Shown one piece after another: positions 26,961 through 39,269 of a stretch of DNA of 64,000 bases. The notes under the pieces are model-generated. The model saw only the letters and a program-made list of their open reading frames with translations. It was not told where the DNA came from and made no database searches. Position 1 is the stretch's first letter. Every line of letters begins with the position of its first letter. The position numbers were made by a program, and so were the translations under genes. The DNA is from Microbotryum violaceum (taxonomy: Eukaryota). The stretch is taken from the NCBI GenBank assembly GCA_001244265.2, contig CDLV01000007.1:930001-994000 (forward strand). Direction: 5' to 3'.

Positions 26961-29069
26961 ATGAGCCTCGACCCAGTCCGCCGCATCATCAGCGGTAGAA
27001 AGGCGCGCTACACCAATGACGAGCACAACCTCGACCTCGACCTCGTCCAGTTGACCGACCGCGTGAGCACTGGCAGGTGCTCAAGCCTCAAGCTCACGTA
27101 CGCGGGCATCGTACACGACGTGCTGAGGCTGACCATGCGCGCCGCCTTCGACTACAGGTCACCTTGATGGGGTATCCCGCCGTGGGAACTGCATCACTGT
27201 ACCGCAACAAGAGGTCAGTTCGTTGGGCGGTCATCTTGTCTCGTCACCCTACCCGCCGCGTCCTCCTTCCGGGCCAAGACAGCCAAAGCGACGTCATCTC
27301 TTCTTGTGCCGCGGTCTCGGCGCTGGAAGTCCACCGGCCCCCCTATCTTCCCATCTCTTCTGTCGTCCCCGGGACCGCGCACTCACATAGCCCTGGCCAA
27401 TTCCTTTGGCTCGTTTGGACTCTACAGATCTCAAGTCCTCAAATACATCTCCCTCCTCCCCTCACCGCCCCTGATCGTCAACCTCTGCCCACGCTACGAA
27501 AACTCGTACCCTTCCGACGCGCTCGTCCCCCCCGCCGATCGAGTTGTGCGCTTCCCTTTCCCCGATCATTACCCACCCCCTTTGAGTCTGCTCCCCGTTG
27601 CAGTCGAGACGATCGATACATGGATGAAGAAGAACCCGCAAGGGACGCTAATGATTCATTGCAAGGTGCGTCCGTTCAACTTCGTCTGCTTTGCTTCGAC
27701 AGGTGAGAGAAAACTCACCAGAGATCGTAACCTTGTTCTGTCACCGCGCAGGCCGGGAAAGGAAGGTGAGCCTATAGTGTGGAGAGAACGCCAATCACAC
27801 TTCCAGGAAATCTCGCTCAACACCAAACACTTTACAGATCGGGCACCATGGCCCTTTCCTACCTCTTGACCTTACCCGGTCTCCCCTCGGCACCTTCCCT
27901 CCCCACCAGTTCTTCGGACTCGTCCTCAAACGAACCCATCGACCCTTCCCCCCGCCCAGCAACCACGACGACCCACCAAACGCACCAAGAAAAACTCGCC
28001 GCCCTGATCGACTTTCACACCTCGCGCCGGATGGCCCCGGGAACGACTTCTCGAGGCGTCTCGATCGCGAGTCAGAGAAGATGGCTGGGGTATTGGGCGA
28101 GAGTCTTGGATCGAGAGGATCCGAGACCGCGGGTGGTAGAAGAGAAGAGCTTGAGGAAGATCAGGTTGGATTGGATTAGGATTCGAGGGAAAGGGCCGAA
28201 AGGGTTGTGGGGCAAGTTGGGTGGGGAGCGGATGGCAGTTCAGGTAAGATCCGAACGTACGTGAAGGTCATTCGTTGAATCGAGCACTCAGTTCGAGGAC
28301 CTGTGCCACTCTTAGGTCTTCCACTACCGACCTTCCATCTCTTCCTCCCTGCGCAAAAGGGAGGTCAGACTTGACGCTGACCGCAGCGCAGACGAGATCT
28401 CGAGCCCCTTTGACGATGAGAAATGGGACGACGAGGAAGAGGACATGCTCCAAAGAGTCGGCACTTTCTCCGAAGCCCCTGATGCCGAAGCGCCTTCTTC
28501 ACTGGAGGAAGGGGACGATTTTACCGAGACGCCGAATGCTATCACACCAGCAACGACCGCGCCGTCGTCACCTCATCCTGATTCGCCTCCATCTCCCTCG
28601 AGTCCGAGTTCCAATCTAGAAGAGGACAGCCCAATCCGAACCCTTCTCCCTTTCTCAATCTACCTTCCTTCCCCGACCTCACCCTCTCTCGACGTGGCCC
28701 CTCGATCGAAAGAAGTGTCCAAGTCATCTACGGCGTTGGAAGAAGGCATGATCCTCGATGCCGATGAGGGTATTCAATTCAAGTTGTTGTTGGGTAAGAG
28801 TGGGAGGAAACATGGGGACTATCTACCTGCGATGGTGAGTCCTTTGTCTTCCCTGACAAGGCCTTATTCTGACAGCCCACTGAACTGACCTAGAGTGCTT
28901 TTCCGACACGCAGGCAGCCCTAGGCATCATCTGGTTCATACCCTCTTTCGAAGCCGATGCCGCCGGCCAATCCCGATCGCATGTGTTCATAGTGGAAAAG
29001 GGTTCGATCGATTTTTTGAAACCCCAATCGGGGATCCATGGAGTCGAGATTGGATTCACTTTTGTGTGA
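26961..29069 (+). CDS. PTEN/Tep1-like phosphoinositide phosphatase
   Basis: VRRIISGRKARY..NLDLDL..TDR|..MGYPA.G...LYRN; FPFPDHYPPPL; spliced catalytic loop IHCK|AGKGR|SGT; GVSIASQRRWLGYW. Confidence 0.9.
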
Positions 29070-29257
29070 TTTGGAATTTTGCAGCGTGGTACTTTTTTCT
29101 TTATGGAACACGTTCACCGGACTTTTCACTCGGATCTCCGATTGATATATTGAGATTACGAACGTAGCCTTGTACAAATTTCGGGCACTTTCAGGCATTC
29201 TCAGGGCTCAATCTCCTTCTCCGCCAACCCCACATTCCCCACTCCACCACTGCCACT

Positions 29258-30596
29258 TTAATGCCCACCTCCAATCCCAAACACCTTCCTCATCCCGTCC
29301 CTATCCTCCTTGCCCAATCCCAATCCTCTCCTCTCCTCCTCCCCAATTTCCACCCCCTTCAAAACCTCCTTCAAAACCTTATCCCCCTTCGCCCATCGCA
29401 ATTCCCTCTCCTGCCCTTCCCAAAACCCATGCACCAATTCGCGCGTCTCGGAATGGGTCATCAGGGCCATTTTGTGGAGGTGTGTGCTACGGATTGAGCA
29501 GAGGGAGGTTTGGGAGAGAGAGAGGAGGTTTTGGAGGTGCGGTTGAAGGAGGGCCGGAGTGGTTGGTTGGATGGGGGAGGGAGGGAGAAAGTAGGATGCC
29601 AGGACGGTGGGGATCCAAAGGAGGGAAGGGATGAGGAGGTGGAGGAGGGAATCGATCTAGGATCCGTATTTTGGGGGAAAGTCAGCTTGAGGTCACCACG
29701 ACGAGATGGGGAGTAAGAAACGTACCATCATCACCTTCCCGGACCCAACGTTGCTCCACCTCGCGTACACCTCCCCCGCAAATCCCGCACCCAGCGCACC
29801 AACAACATAAACCCTCCACCTCTTTCTCCTCCCTTGTGAACCCATAAGAAGGATCGAATCGATCGTTGCGATGAGGAGATATTTCAGGGCGATGGAAGGG
29901 AGTAGTACGAGTATGTAGTCAAGGGAGGAGGTGGAGGAACACCAGGTGCAGTGCAGGAGAGGGAAGGGGCCGTAGGAGAGGTAGAGTTCGCGCGCGTCGA
30001 GGGTTGAGAGGCGGGATAGGAGTGCATGGTCCTTTTGGGGGGGGAAGGGAGGGAATGAGAAAAGGTTCGGCGCAGCGGAGGTGCCCTTTCGTCCTTCATT
30101 TCGAGCGTACCTGATCGTTCAAAGCCTTGTGCCGACTCCAAAGCTGCTCCAATCTCGTTATCGAAATCTTCAACTCGATCGGGGTCCTCAGGACGGGGAA
30201 AAAAGTGTGCCATATCGATCTCGAAGGCGCTAGGTGAAGAAACAGGTTATCCGTCGGGATGAGAGATCGAGCAAGGAGGCTCGAGATGGTTAGGGTCACG
30301 AGACAGAGGCGGGCGAGTTTGAGCCGAGGGGGAAGCGGGGGTTCGATGTGGCGGGTCGAGAGGAAGGGGGAGTTATGGGGAGGGGGATCGTTGCCGTGCG
30401 GTGGGGCGGCTGTGGGATATAGGAAGGCTGTGACGAAGCGGATCAGGCGAGGGAGTAGGAAGGGGGCTAGAAAGAGCTGTGGGTGGGGAAAGACCCGTTT
30501 TGGGGTCAGTTACTAAGATACATGGAGAGAGTTGTGAGTGGGGAAACGTACGAGGAGGGTTTGGGTAAGCGTCGACGAAGAAATGGTGATGATCAT
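29258..30596 (-). CDS. Conserved fungal membrane protein of unknown function
   Basis: Spliced frame with several hydrophobic segments, LSRLSTLDARELYLSYGPFPLLHCTWC and a C-terminal RELVHGFWE. Start is tentative. Confidence 0.6.
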
Positions 30597-30975
30597 GGTG
30601 TGCGCGGTGGTGGCATGGGGTGCCTAACCGAGTCTCGTTATGCGACTAATACACGCTGGCGACAGTGCGCTTTGTGGGGTATGTGGGTCGATGACGTACG
30701 TGGGCGACGACCGCGGAGAGAAAGGACGTGACGACGTGGCTCGACGTGTATGGACCCAACCGCTCGAGGGATCGCCGAATGGGAGTCGAATCGAAAGGGT
30801 CTTGACGAACGTGGGGGAGCGTTCTAATCCGGTTTGACCTGCCCTGCGCAGGACGATGGACAGCTGGCGATCGTGGTCCAAGAACAGGAGCCGGATGAGA
30901 AAGCGACCGAGAAGTGACCAAAAGCGGACAACAGCGGACAACCGTGCGAGAACGTGCGAGTGCGAGCAGGTGCGA

Positions 30976-31070
30976 GCGTAATCTAGCGTAATCTAGCGTA
31001 ATCTAGCGTAATAGAGCCTAATAGAGCCTAATAGAGCCTAATAGAGCCTAATAGAGCCTAATAGAGCGCA
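30976..31070. repeat. 10-bp-period minisatellite, (gcgtaatcta)x3 grading into (atagagccta)x5-6, in a divergent intergenic region
   Basis: Directly visible. A (gtctgccg)x3 run follows at about 31097-31127. Confidence 0.9.
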
Positions 31071-31343
31071 ATCATGTGCGCGCGGTAGTCGCGCGGTGTC
31101 TGCCGGTCTGCCGGTCTGCCGGTCTGCCTACTGTCTCCCTTGCACGAGCTTGCACGCCTCGCACACATCTGCTACGACCCGTCACACCCGAGAGCTTGGG
31201 CCTTCTCCTCGTGTCTGCACCTTCACAGACCTGCACTCTCACAGCTCCCACTCCCCACTCTAGCCGATCTCTCCTCTCCGCTTCCCCTCTCCCCTCGTCC
31301 TCCTTCCGTCTACCCCTCGCCAGTCGTTGACGGAAGACAAGCC

Positions 31344-32742
31344 ATGGCATCCAAGCAAGCAGCCAAGCGTTTGAGCAAGGAGTACCAGTCGATGCAAAAG
31401 GCACCTCCTCCCTTTGTATGGGCCCGACCAAAGTCAGTATGACTGAGGTCCGGGTGATCGATGACGTGCATGACTGGCGCTTACTTTGTCTCTCGCCGTG
31501 AATACGCACAGTGAATCAAAGTGAGCTCTCTCCGCTCCAGCTGCGGTTCATCATCACCAGTATGCTCAGTCTCGATCGATCTTCCCACAGCGTGCTCGAA
31601 TGGCACTACATCCTCCAAGGACCTTCGGATTCGCCGTACCTCGGGCAAGTTCCAAGAAAGGAGCCACCTCGTACGGCCAGCTGATCCAAGTGCATCTCGA
31701 TCCGTATACAGTGGTGAATACTGGGGGACGCTGCTCTTTCCTTCGGTCAGTACATGAACCAATCTCCCTTGCACCTTCACTCACTCACTCACGCTCTTTG
31801 AAACCGTGCGCAGGATTATCCCTTTGCTCCCCCGACCATCAAGGTGGGTTATGCACGAACAGGAACCCGACGGAATGCGTCAGGCGAACTGAGTTTTCGT
31901 ACCACATCCTGCAGATGATGACCCCCTCAGGACGCTTCGCCCCCTCGCAAGCGATCTGCACGAGCATGTCCTCGTTCCACCCTTCGACTTGGAACCCGGC
32001 TTGGTCCGTCAACACGATCCTCGTCGGGCTGTTGAGCTTCATGTTGGGTGATGAGATCACCACAGGTGCGTTCATAGTTCGGTGGGAGGCTGCCCAAGGA
32101 TATGTCTGACTTTGAGTTCGAATCCTTTGAAGGGAGTGTGATGACTACCGAAGCCGAGAAGCAAGCTTTCGCCAAGGCTTCCCACGCCTGGAACATGCAA
32201 GTCCAGTCTCCACCTTCGAAATCACCACCTCTTGCCTCAAACTGAAACCCCACCCTTACCTTACCTCCCACAGCCAACAACCACGTTTCAAAACCCATTT
32301 TCCCGAATACTCTTCTCCCGTTATGAAAAACCTCCCCGTAATGGGTTCTGCCGGTCCCCCTGCACCAACCCAATCGGCCGCTGTCAATTCCACGACGACG
32401 ACGACAACGACGACGGTGTCAACTAACGGTGCTGCCCTTCCTGTACATTCCTCTTCTGCTTGTTCGTCTTCTTCTTCGAGGAACGGTACAACTCGGGAAA
32501 GATTTGCGTGATCGATAAGAGGGGAGGTCGCTGACTCGTCATTATTCCTCCTTCCCACATCCCAAACGATCCATCTACGTCTACCGCCACAACGAACGTT
32601 CTCGACCTCAATTCCGCTCATTCAACCGCGCGTAGTGATCGACAAGAAGAAGGACGAACGCAAAAGCAAGACAAGAACATGGTTTCTCTGGGCTTTCGTC
32701 TTCTTGCTCGTGTCGTGGGGCGTGATGAAGGTCTTGGAATAG
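31344..32742 (+). CDS. UBC6: Tail-anchored ER ubiquitin-conjugating enzyme E2 (Ubc6/UBE2J2)
   Basis: MASKQAAKRLSKEY..PPPFVWARPNESNVLEWHYIL; MMTPSGRF....ICTSMSSFHP.TWNPAWSV.TILVGLLSFM; C-terminal TM segment WFLWAFVFLLVSWGVM. Confidence 0.95.
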
Positions 32743-33116
32743 ATTCGAGTGGGTAGTAAAGAAGAGGGGGAGGGGGGGGGGGGCTTGGGCTTGGGCTTTT
32801 ATTAGAGCTGTTGTAAGATCAGAGGTCAGAATAAGCGTTTTCGAGAAATTCGTCCCCCCACTCCATGTCGGCTTGGGAATTTGGAGGGATGTATCTGAGA
32901 AGTGGTGAAACCGAGCGATGTGCTCAACGAGTCGGCGGCAGCGAGGTGCCAATGAGTTTGCGAACGAGTGAGAAGAAGAGGCAACGACGCGATTAACACA
33001 CGATCGAGACGCGCGTAATGCGAATTTAAGGCCAGACTAATTCATCAACAAGAAGCAGCTAGGCAATACACAAAACAAACGGGCGAGACTAATCCTCTGA
33101 CAGACAGAACGGTCTA

Positions 33117-34591
33117 TCAAATCACTATCAACTCATGCGCGAGAAACCCAACCTCCATCCATTCAAGCAAGATCCTTCGCAACCTGAGGCGCGACCTTCT
33201 TCCACACCTCGCACATCTCGTCCCAGACTTTCTGTTGCAACGCTTGATTCTTCTGGGTCGCGAGACTTGCGGCGGGACTGAACAAGAACAAGGATCGAAT
33301 ACCCGCAAGTGTCAGCCTAACTCGTGCTGGAACCCTGAGCAAAGGCCGGAACGTACGATTTGATCTCACAAACCGAGATGTACGCTCCAGCGGTGGAGGA
33401 GGTATCCTCCACGGCGGCCCAGGCGATATTCTTGCTCCCATCTTCGGTCGTTCGAGCAGCCATATCAAGCATTTTCCTGTGCGGAGAACTTGAAACTACT
33501 CAGTGTCTTGCTCGCCGACCCAATTGAACGAACCATCTCAGGAACTGACCCGAATACCCAACTCATCTCCTTCCTAAGCTCGCTCACGCACAAACCCGGG
33601 TTCACGACGTTGACGATCACACTATCCTTCTCGAGGATGCGGGCCAAGTTGTGCGCGAGGTACATGTTCAACAACTTGGTGATATTGTAGCGATCAGTCT
33701 TGTAGAAGTGTTCGGGAGAGTTGAGGGCGTCGAGCGTCGATCCGGGGACTTTAGCTTCCTCGAAGCGGGCCCAGCCATGAACTGGGAGTTGGAGGTTCGA
33801 TTAGTTGAGGGGTTGGATGGGAGCGGCATTGGGGACCCAGTTGTTCGTGGATTACGAGGGGTGAGACGTACCTTCTGAACCGACAATTGTCAAATGGGTT
33901 TTAAGTCCCGAAGACTCAGGGCAGGGCGACGGCAACTTAGCAGTCTTGCGCAGCAAAGGAATCAACAAGAGACCCAACAAGCCAGTCGACAAGACGTTCG
34001 TTTGAAGCCTTATGGAGAATTTTACGAATCAGTCAGTATGTACATACTGAACGCCCCTTCCTCAGTCTAGGTTCGGCGAAACCGAAAGACCATCGGGCCC
34101 GAAAAACTCACGATTCCTCCCACCCATCCTCGGTCTTCTTGAACCCAAACGTCGCGATCGCCGCATTCTCCACCATCAAATCCAAGCGATCCAGTTCATC
34201 TTCACACCTCTTTGCAAAAGCCTTGACGCTGTCGAAGGAGGCAAGGTCGAGTTGCCAGACGTGGATGTGATTGAGGTCAAAGGAGGCTTGTTCAGCGATT
34301 TGAGCTCGGGCCGTCTCGCCTTTGCTGGGGGTGCGTACGGCGAGGATCAGTCGCGCTGGGTTGAGGCGCGCGAGGTGGATTGCCGCGTGGAGCTATGGTT
34401 CATGGTAGGGTGGAGTGTAAGGAGTTTTGAGAAAGGTGATCGTATCAAGTTGTAGGTAAAGCTCCCTGTGCGACAACAAGACTTACCCCTAAGCCGACGT
34501 TACTTCCTGTGATGATCACCGTTCGACCGTCGAGGCGCTGCGTCGGAGCCACGACCTTCCCAAAGAACTGTTCTCGCAACATTTCAAACAT
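33117..34591 (-). CDS. Short-chain dehydrogenase/reductase (retinol dehydrogenase/WWOX-like)
   Basis: VIITGSNVGLG, QLDLASFDSVKAFA, LDLMVENAAI, catalytic YNITK, VNVVNPGLCVSEL. Confidence 0.92.
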
Positions 34592-36536
34592 GCTTGCACG
34601 TGGCGTGAGGTGAACGAAGAGGTTGGTTGTTTGGAGTTTAGAAAAGCTTGGTTGTGGGCAGTGTCGAAGAGGACCGTGACGCGTAAGCTGAGTGAAGGAA
34701 GGAGGGAGTCTTTCGATGAGGTCAGCCAAAGACAAATGACCATGCGAGAGTTCACGTGCTGGCAGCGGAGTTTGAACCCGAAGCCGAAGGAGGTCGCTTA
34801 TCTAAAGCTTTTATAACCCGTACGGAGGCTGTTCGGGGCACCTCTGGCTATATATAAGCACGCTAAAAAGTGGCGCGCGCAGCGCGCCTCCGACCCTCGC
34901 TTCCGCGCGGCGTAGCCATACATGTTGCCCGCCTGTAACCCGGGTTGCTGGATGGCGCGAGGACTAGCGCAACACGGAGGCTGGTGTGGCCTTCAACACG
35001 TTCATCTCATGTACGTGCAAGCTCGTATCGGGGTAATCCAATCTTATAAATGCTGCCATTGTGTATAAAGCATATCCGGAAAACTCATCGTCAATTTCTT
35101 CTTTAGATTAGTAGCGAGAAGAAGCTCGATTAGAACATCATTACATCATTACCTCATTAGCGGTGGGGACAAGGTAGCATTGATGGACGTGGTTAAGTCA
35201 CGTGCCGTCTCACCACGCTGGTAGACCAGCCGTAGCGAGCCTGAGCGCGAGCGAGCAACAGCATTGCCGCTTGACGCGCCGCTATCGATCACGGTCCTGG
35301 TCTTACTGCTTTCTGTTCCCTCACGCTTTCTGTCGTATATCTTGAATCGAAGCCCACCGACCATACGATGTGTTGCCTCTCCTGTCTGCTCCCAGCAACG
35401 CGTCAGCGTTTGCCGCTTCCACCCGCGGGCGAGGTTGGCACTGCGGTGTGGTATGTGCTTCAACGCCGGCAGATTTTGGTCAAAGAGCGTCTGGATCGGC
35501 TCGCCGAATGCGATGATCTCTCGGTTGTCTGGCTCAGAATGCGTTTACCCGTTTACCCGCAGTTCATGAATCGCGGCCCACGGCATTCGGTTTGATCGGA
35601 GGAGTTTTCGCCGGACGGGCGAAACAGGTGTTGCGCCGGTCGCGCGGTAGTCCACGTCATTTCGGTCGCCGCCTTTCGACGCTGAATAATACTCAAATAC
35701 AGAGCCTCGTCACTGAGTCGAGCCGCCGCTCATCAGGTCCTTCTGCCGTGGACGTGCGCCACACAACCATCGACCTCGACGCATTCCGAAGGGAACTTGG
35801 CCTGACCCCCGATCCAGCCGCGGAGCATGCCGAGCGAGACCGCGATGATGTGTATGAAAGACGAGTGGAAGAAGTTTTGGGTTCACGATCGGAGCACGAG
35901 GTCGAGGAAGAAGATGATGCTGAGCTCGGGAGGGCGACGGAGAGTCGGGCTGACAAGCGTTGAGGACTCGGACGACCTCGAGATTCTCGACGAGCCCATG
36001 GGCTAGCTAGGGATGGTTTGGCGCATTTGTTGACTGTAGATTATTTGTTATTGAAGGACTTTGCTTTTTGTATGCGGCCCATATCGCACATGGTGGAAAT
36101 GTACGCCCGTGCACAAAAGTAAAATGAATGTCAGCCTTAATCAGGCGTTGACGCGTTGACGACCACGATCCCACGAGCCGGTCGCCACCGCCACACTCAT
36201 CGAACTGCAGTACGTGACAAGCTTGAAGGTTCTACTAAGTTAAAGACTAAAATTTGATGCGCATCGATGCTGACATCTGCAGGTTCAGGTTTGGGAACGT
36301 TGCCAGAGGGGGGCGGGGGGCGGTGAGGATTGGTGTTGCTGTAGTTGTTCTGTTCCAACAGCACCCCAAAGCATGGGTCCAGACGCGTCCAACGGCGCTC
36401 CGTTGTACAGTGCTTGCGATAACATGTCAGCAAAAATCAATGAAATACGTCACCGCATACCTACTCCGTTGACGTGATAGTTTATGTAGTCGAGTGAGCA
36501 GGGATATCGGTCCATCGGCCAAGGACCTTGTAGGGG

Positions 36537-37400
36537 CTGTGTACTCCCGGGGGTACACATACACAGAGTCGGCGCGCGACAAGAGTACAAGAGTGTAACC
36601 CCGAGGGACCCGGCCTGTGCCGCCGACAAAGCTGTGTACTCCCGGGGGTACACAGTCATTCGGCGCGCGGGGTGTGATCATTACCGGGAGTACACAGCGG
36701 AAGAGTGGACCAGTCCTGCGTGCCCCCGGGAGTACACAGGCGCTTTCCCGCTTGCGCCTTGTGTACCCCGGGGGTGCAAAGTCGGTCACCGGTGGCAGAT
36801 CACTGTATAATAACATATACGAGTCTCCAACGGCGGGAGGTGAATCCTTTCGGTAACTTCAGACACATCCTGGGCTTTGAGCGGGTGCGTGGAAGTTCGT
36901 TGTAGTGCAGTTTCGCTCTGCTCTGCTCGGAGGCTGATTCGAACGAAGAATTCAGCTAGGGAAGTGCGCTGGCCTTGCGGGCTTTTCAGAGTGCAAGTCA
37001 GATGTAGCAAACAAATTTTTCGTCGGTCTCGTCGCAAGAGGTTATTTCATTCCGTAACCACAGACACATCCTGAGCTTTGAACGGGGGCGTGGAAGTTTG
37101 TTGTAGTGCAGTCAGCAAGGCCGTCGGCGGCGACGGACCGCGCCTGAGCCGTGGAACCCCAGGGGTACACAGCTGGAGAGGGCACCGGTCGTGTGTACCT
37201 CCGGCGGGTACACATCGCCACGCCGGTTGTACAGTGCTTGTTGAGAGTGTCCTAGAATTGATGAAGCATGTCGTCGCATACCGCTTCCTCATTTCCGGAG
37301 GTGCGGGACTCTGTTGTAGTGTATCTACGCCCTGCCCTAAGGTTAAAAATTGAACAAGAATTTCCGCCTTCGGAGTGCGTTGTACCCTCGGGGTAGATCA
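36537..37400. repeat. Cluster of quasi-palindromic TGTAC(T/C)CCCGGG(G/A)GTACA motifs plus a 52-bp direct repeat
   Basis: About 8 full or partial motif copies (about 36539, 36632, 36684, 36724, 36760, 37158, 37191, 37381). cagacacatcctg..gttgtagtgcagt occurs at about 36860 and 37061. Confidence 0.85.
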
Positions 37401-37513
37401 TGGTTGCAGTGCAGGATCTCCATTGACATAACATACAAGCTAGGTGGCTACACACGCTTACGGAAAACTCGAGACGGTCATTGTCTAACTGGTGAATTGA
37501 CACTCATGGTGCC

Positions 37514-38815
37514 TCATGTCCCAGTATCCAGGCCGCGCTCCAGCTTGCTCAGGCTGGTCAGCTCCGAGAGGGCGGAGAGGTTGCTTTTGGCCTCCGAGCC
37601 GGCTGCTGATCCGTGGTCGGAATGTTGGCCTTTCGCCGAACTGTGTTCCGATATCGCGTCCTCCTCTCGTGCCCCTGAGGTCAACGCGGCACCCTCTCCG
37701 CTGGACCCCTCTTGCGCATCCAACGATACGTCTCCCTCTGTTTGCTCAACAGCGCCAACCACCTGTGGGCACACTCAACAATCCAGTAGTGCCAGGTCTT
37801 CTTCCTTTCGGGCTCTTGGTCCGCATCGGTGGGCGGCTTGGGAGGTTCGGGAACGTGGACGAGCACTGTCATGAACCAGTGATCCTGCAATTCCTAGCTC
37901 GTTTCACTGGGGGTTGGCCATACATAGTACCAAACTGTCCACTCCTTTCAGAGTGGATATTGTACCTTTTTGAGGTCAGCGTAGGCTAGTGGTAAAGCTT
38001 GGACCTACTCCTGACAAGCACCGTCGTTGCAAATGGTCTGAGCGCTGCTTGCCAGGTGCGATGTTCGTTTTCTAACTGATCCCAGTACTCGTCCGGGGCA
38101 CGTTTCCCGAGAAAAGGGCGGTACACCTTTTGGATCCATCTTAAAAAGGCGGTCACTCCCCTCCTGGTCCTCGTCGGTCCTTATTTCGTCCTCAGGGAGG
38201 GGGCGTTGGCACTCTTGGTACAGGGGTGAAAGGATTTCACGGAATAGGCGCGATTCCTCATATTCGGCGGCAATGTCAACGGGGACGGTGAAGATGCGCG
38301 CGAGGATGTCGTCAAAGTCTTGGATGCGGGTCCTATACTCCTTCAAGACTGTTGCGCTCCCTCCACCTCTTTTTCGCTTCTGCCCCAGCGCAAAACGCAA
38401 TATACTGGCGCAGAAGCGCTGGCCGTTCCAAGCTCCTTAGACGAGCGTCGTTGAACACAAACTGCTTGTACGTTTCTTTCTTCGACTGACCACGTGTGGC
38501 TGGTTCGAAACTTTCGACTTGGCGCAGAGCAGCCAATGATAATCGCTCGGCGGTTGCAATATAGTCAGGCGCGATTGGCATACGGGATGTTCGATCCGAA
38601 AAATATGGGGCCGGACTAAAGTCGCGTTCATGGCCCCCACCGTACTCGCTGTGACGTTCATCATCCCAATCCATCCCACTCGGGTTAGCGGCTTCGTCGA
38701 AATCGGCCTGTATCGGAGGGGCCATTGGAGGCCGAGGAGACGGCGAGCTAGCTTCGCCACGAGCATGTTCATCGAAGGTTCTTTGCTGAATTTGGCGCGC
38801 AGTGTACGTAACCAT
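37514..38815 (-). pseudogene. Disrupted cargo ORF within the TIR element
   Basis: ORFs 38333..38815, 38005..38400 and 37681..37890 look like one protein broken by a frameshift and in-frame stops. Confidence 0.5.
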
Positions 38816-39269
38816 GTGCCGGGTTCCGGGGATGTTGGTGCGGATTCGAGCGTCCGAACGAAGGCCTCGGGGCTTATAGTCAGGATGTCCCTCGAAGTAG
38901 CCTGTCAGGTCAGAACTTGAAGCGATTCCATTTATGCCTGCCCATTGTCCGATACAAATGTCGTAGATTGATTCGAGAATGTGTTACTGTGTGTTACAAT
39001 AGTTGGTGCTCGTGTTAGAACTGAGGCGGGTCTGATTTTGCGCTGAGCGGGGGGAGGCTAGAAGAGACAGCTCTGTGGGCGATTGCACAAGTACTCCCTA
39101 ATAATAGGTCAATCTCATTAGCAAGTTGCCCTAGTCCTGGGGCCATCCAGCAACCCGGGTTGCAGGCGGGCAACATGTATGGCTACGCCGCGCGGAAGCG
39201 AGGGTCGAAGGCGCGCCGCGCGCGCCACTTTTTAGCGTGCTTATGTATAGAGCCAGAGGTGGTTCGGGG

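Larger units (their letters stand above)
34839..39261. mobile_element. 4.4-kb DNA transposon derivative with about 135-bp TIRs and an 8-bp TSD
   Basis: 34839-34973 is a near-perfect inverted copy of 39125-39261, with termini CACCTCTGGC...GCCAGAGGTG. GTTCGGGG is duplicated at 34831-34838 and 39262-39269. Confidence 0.92.
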
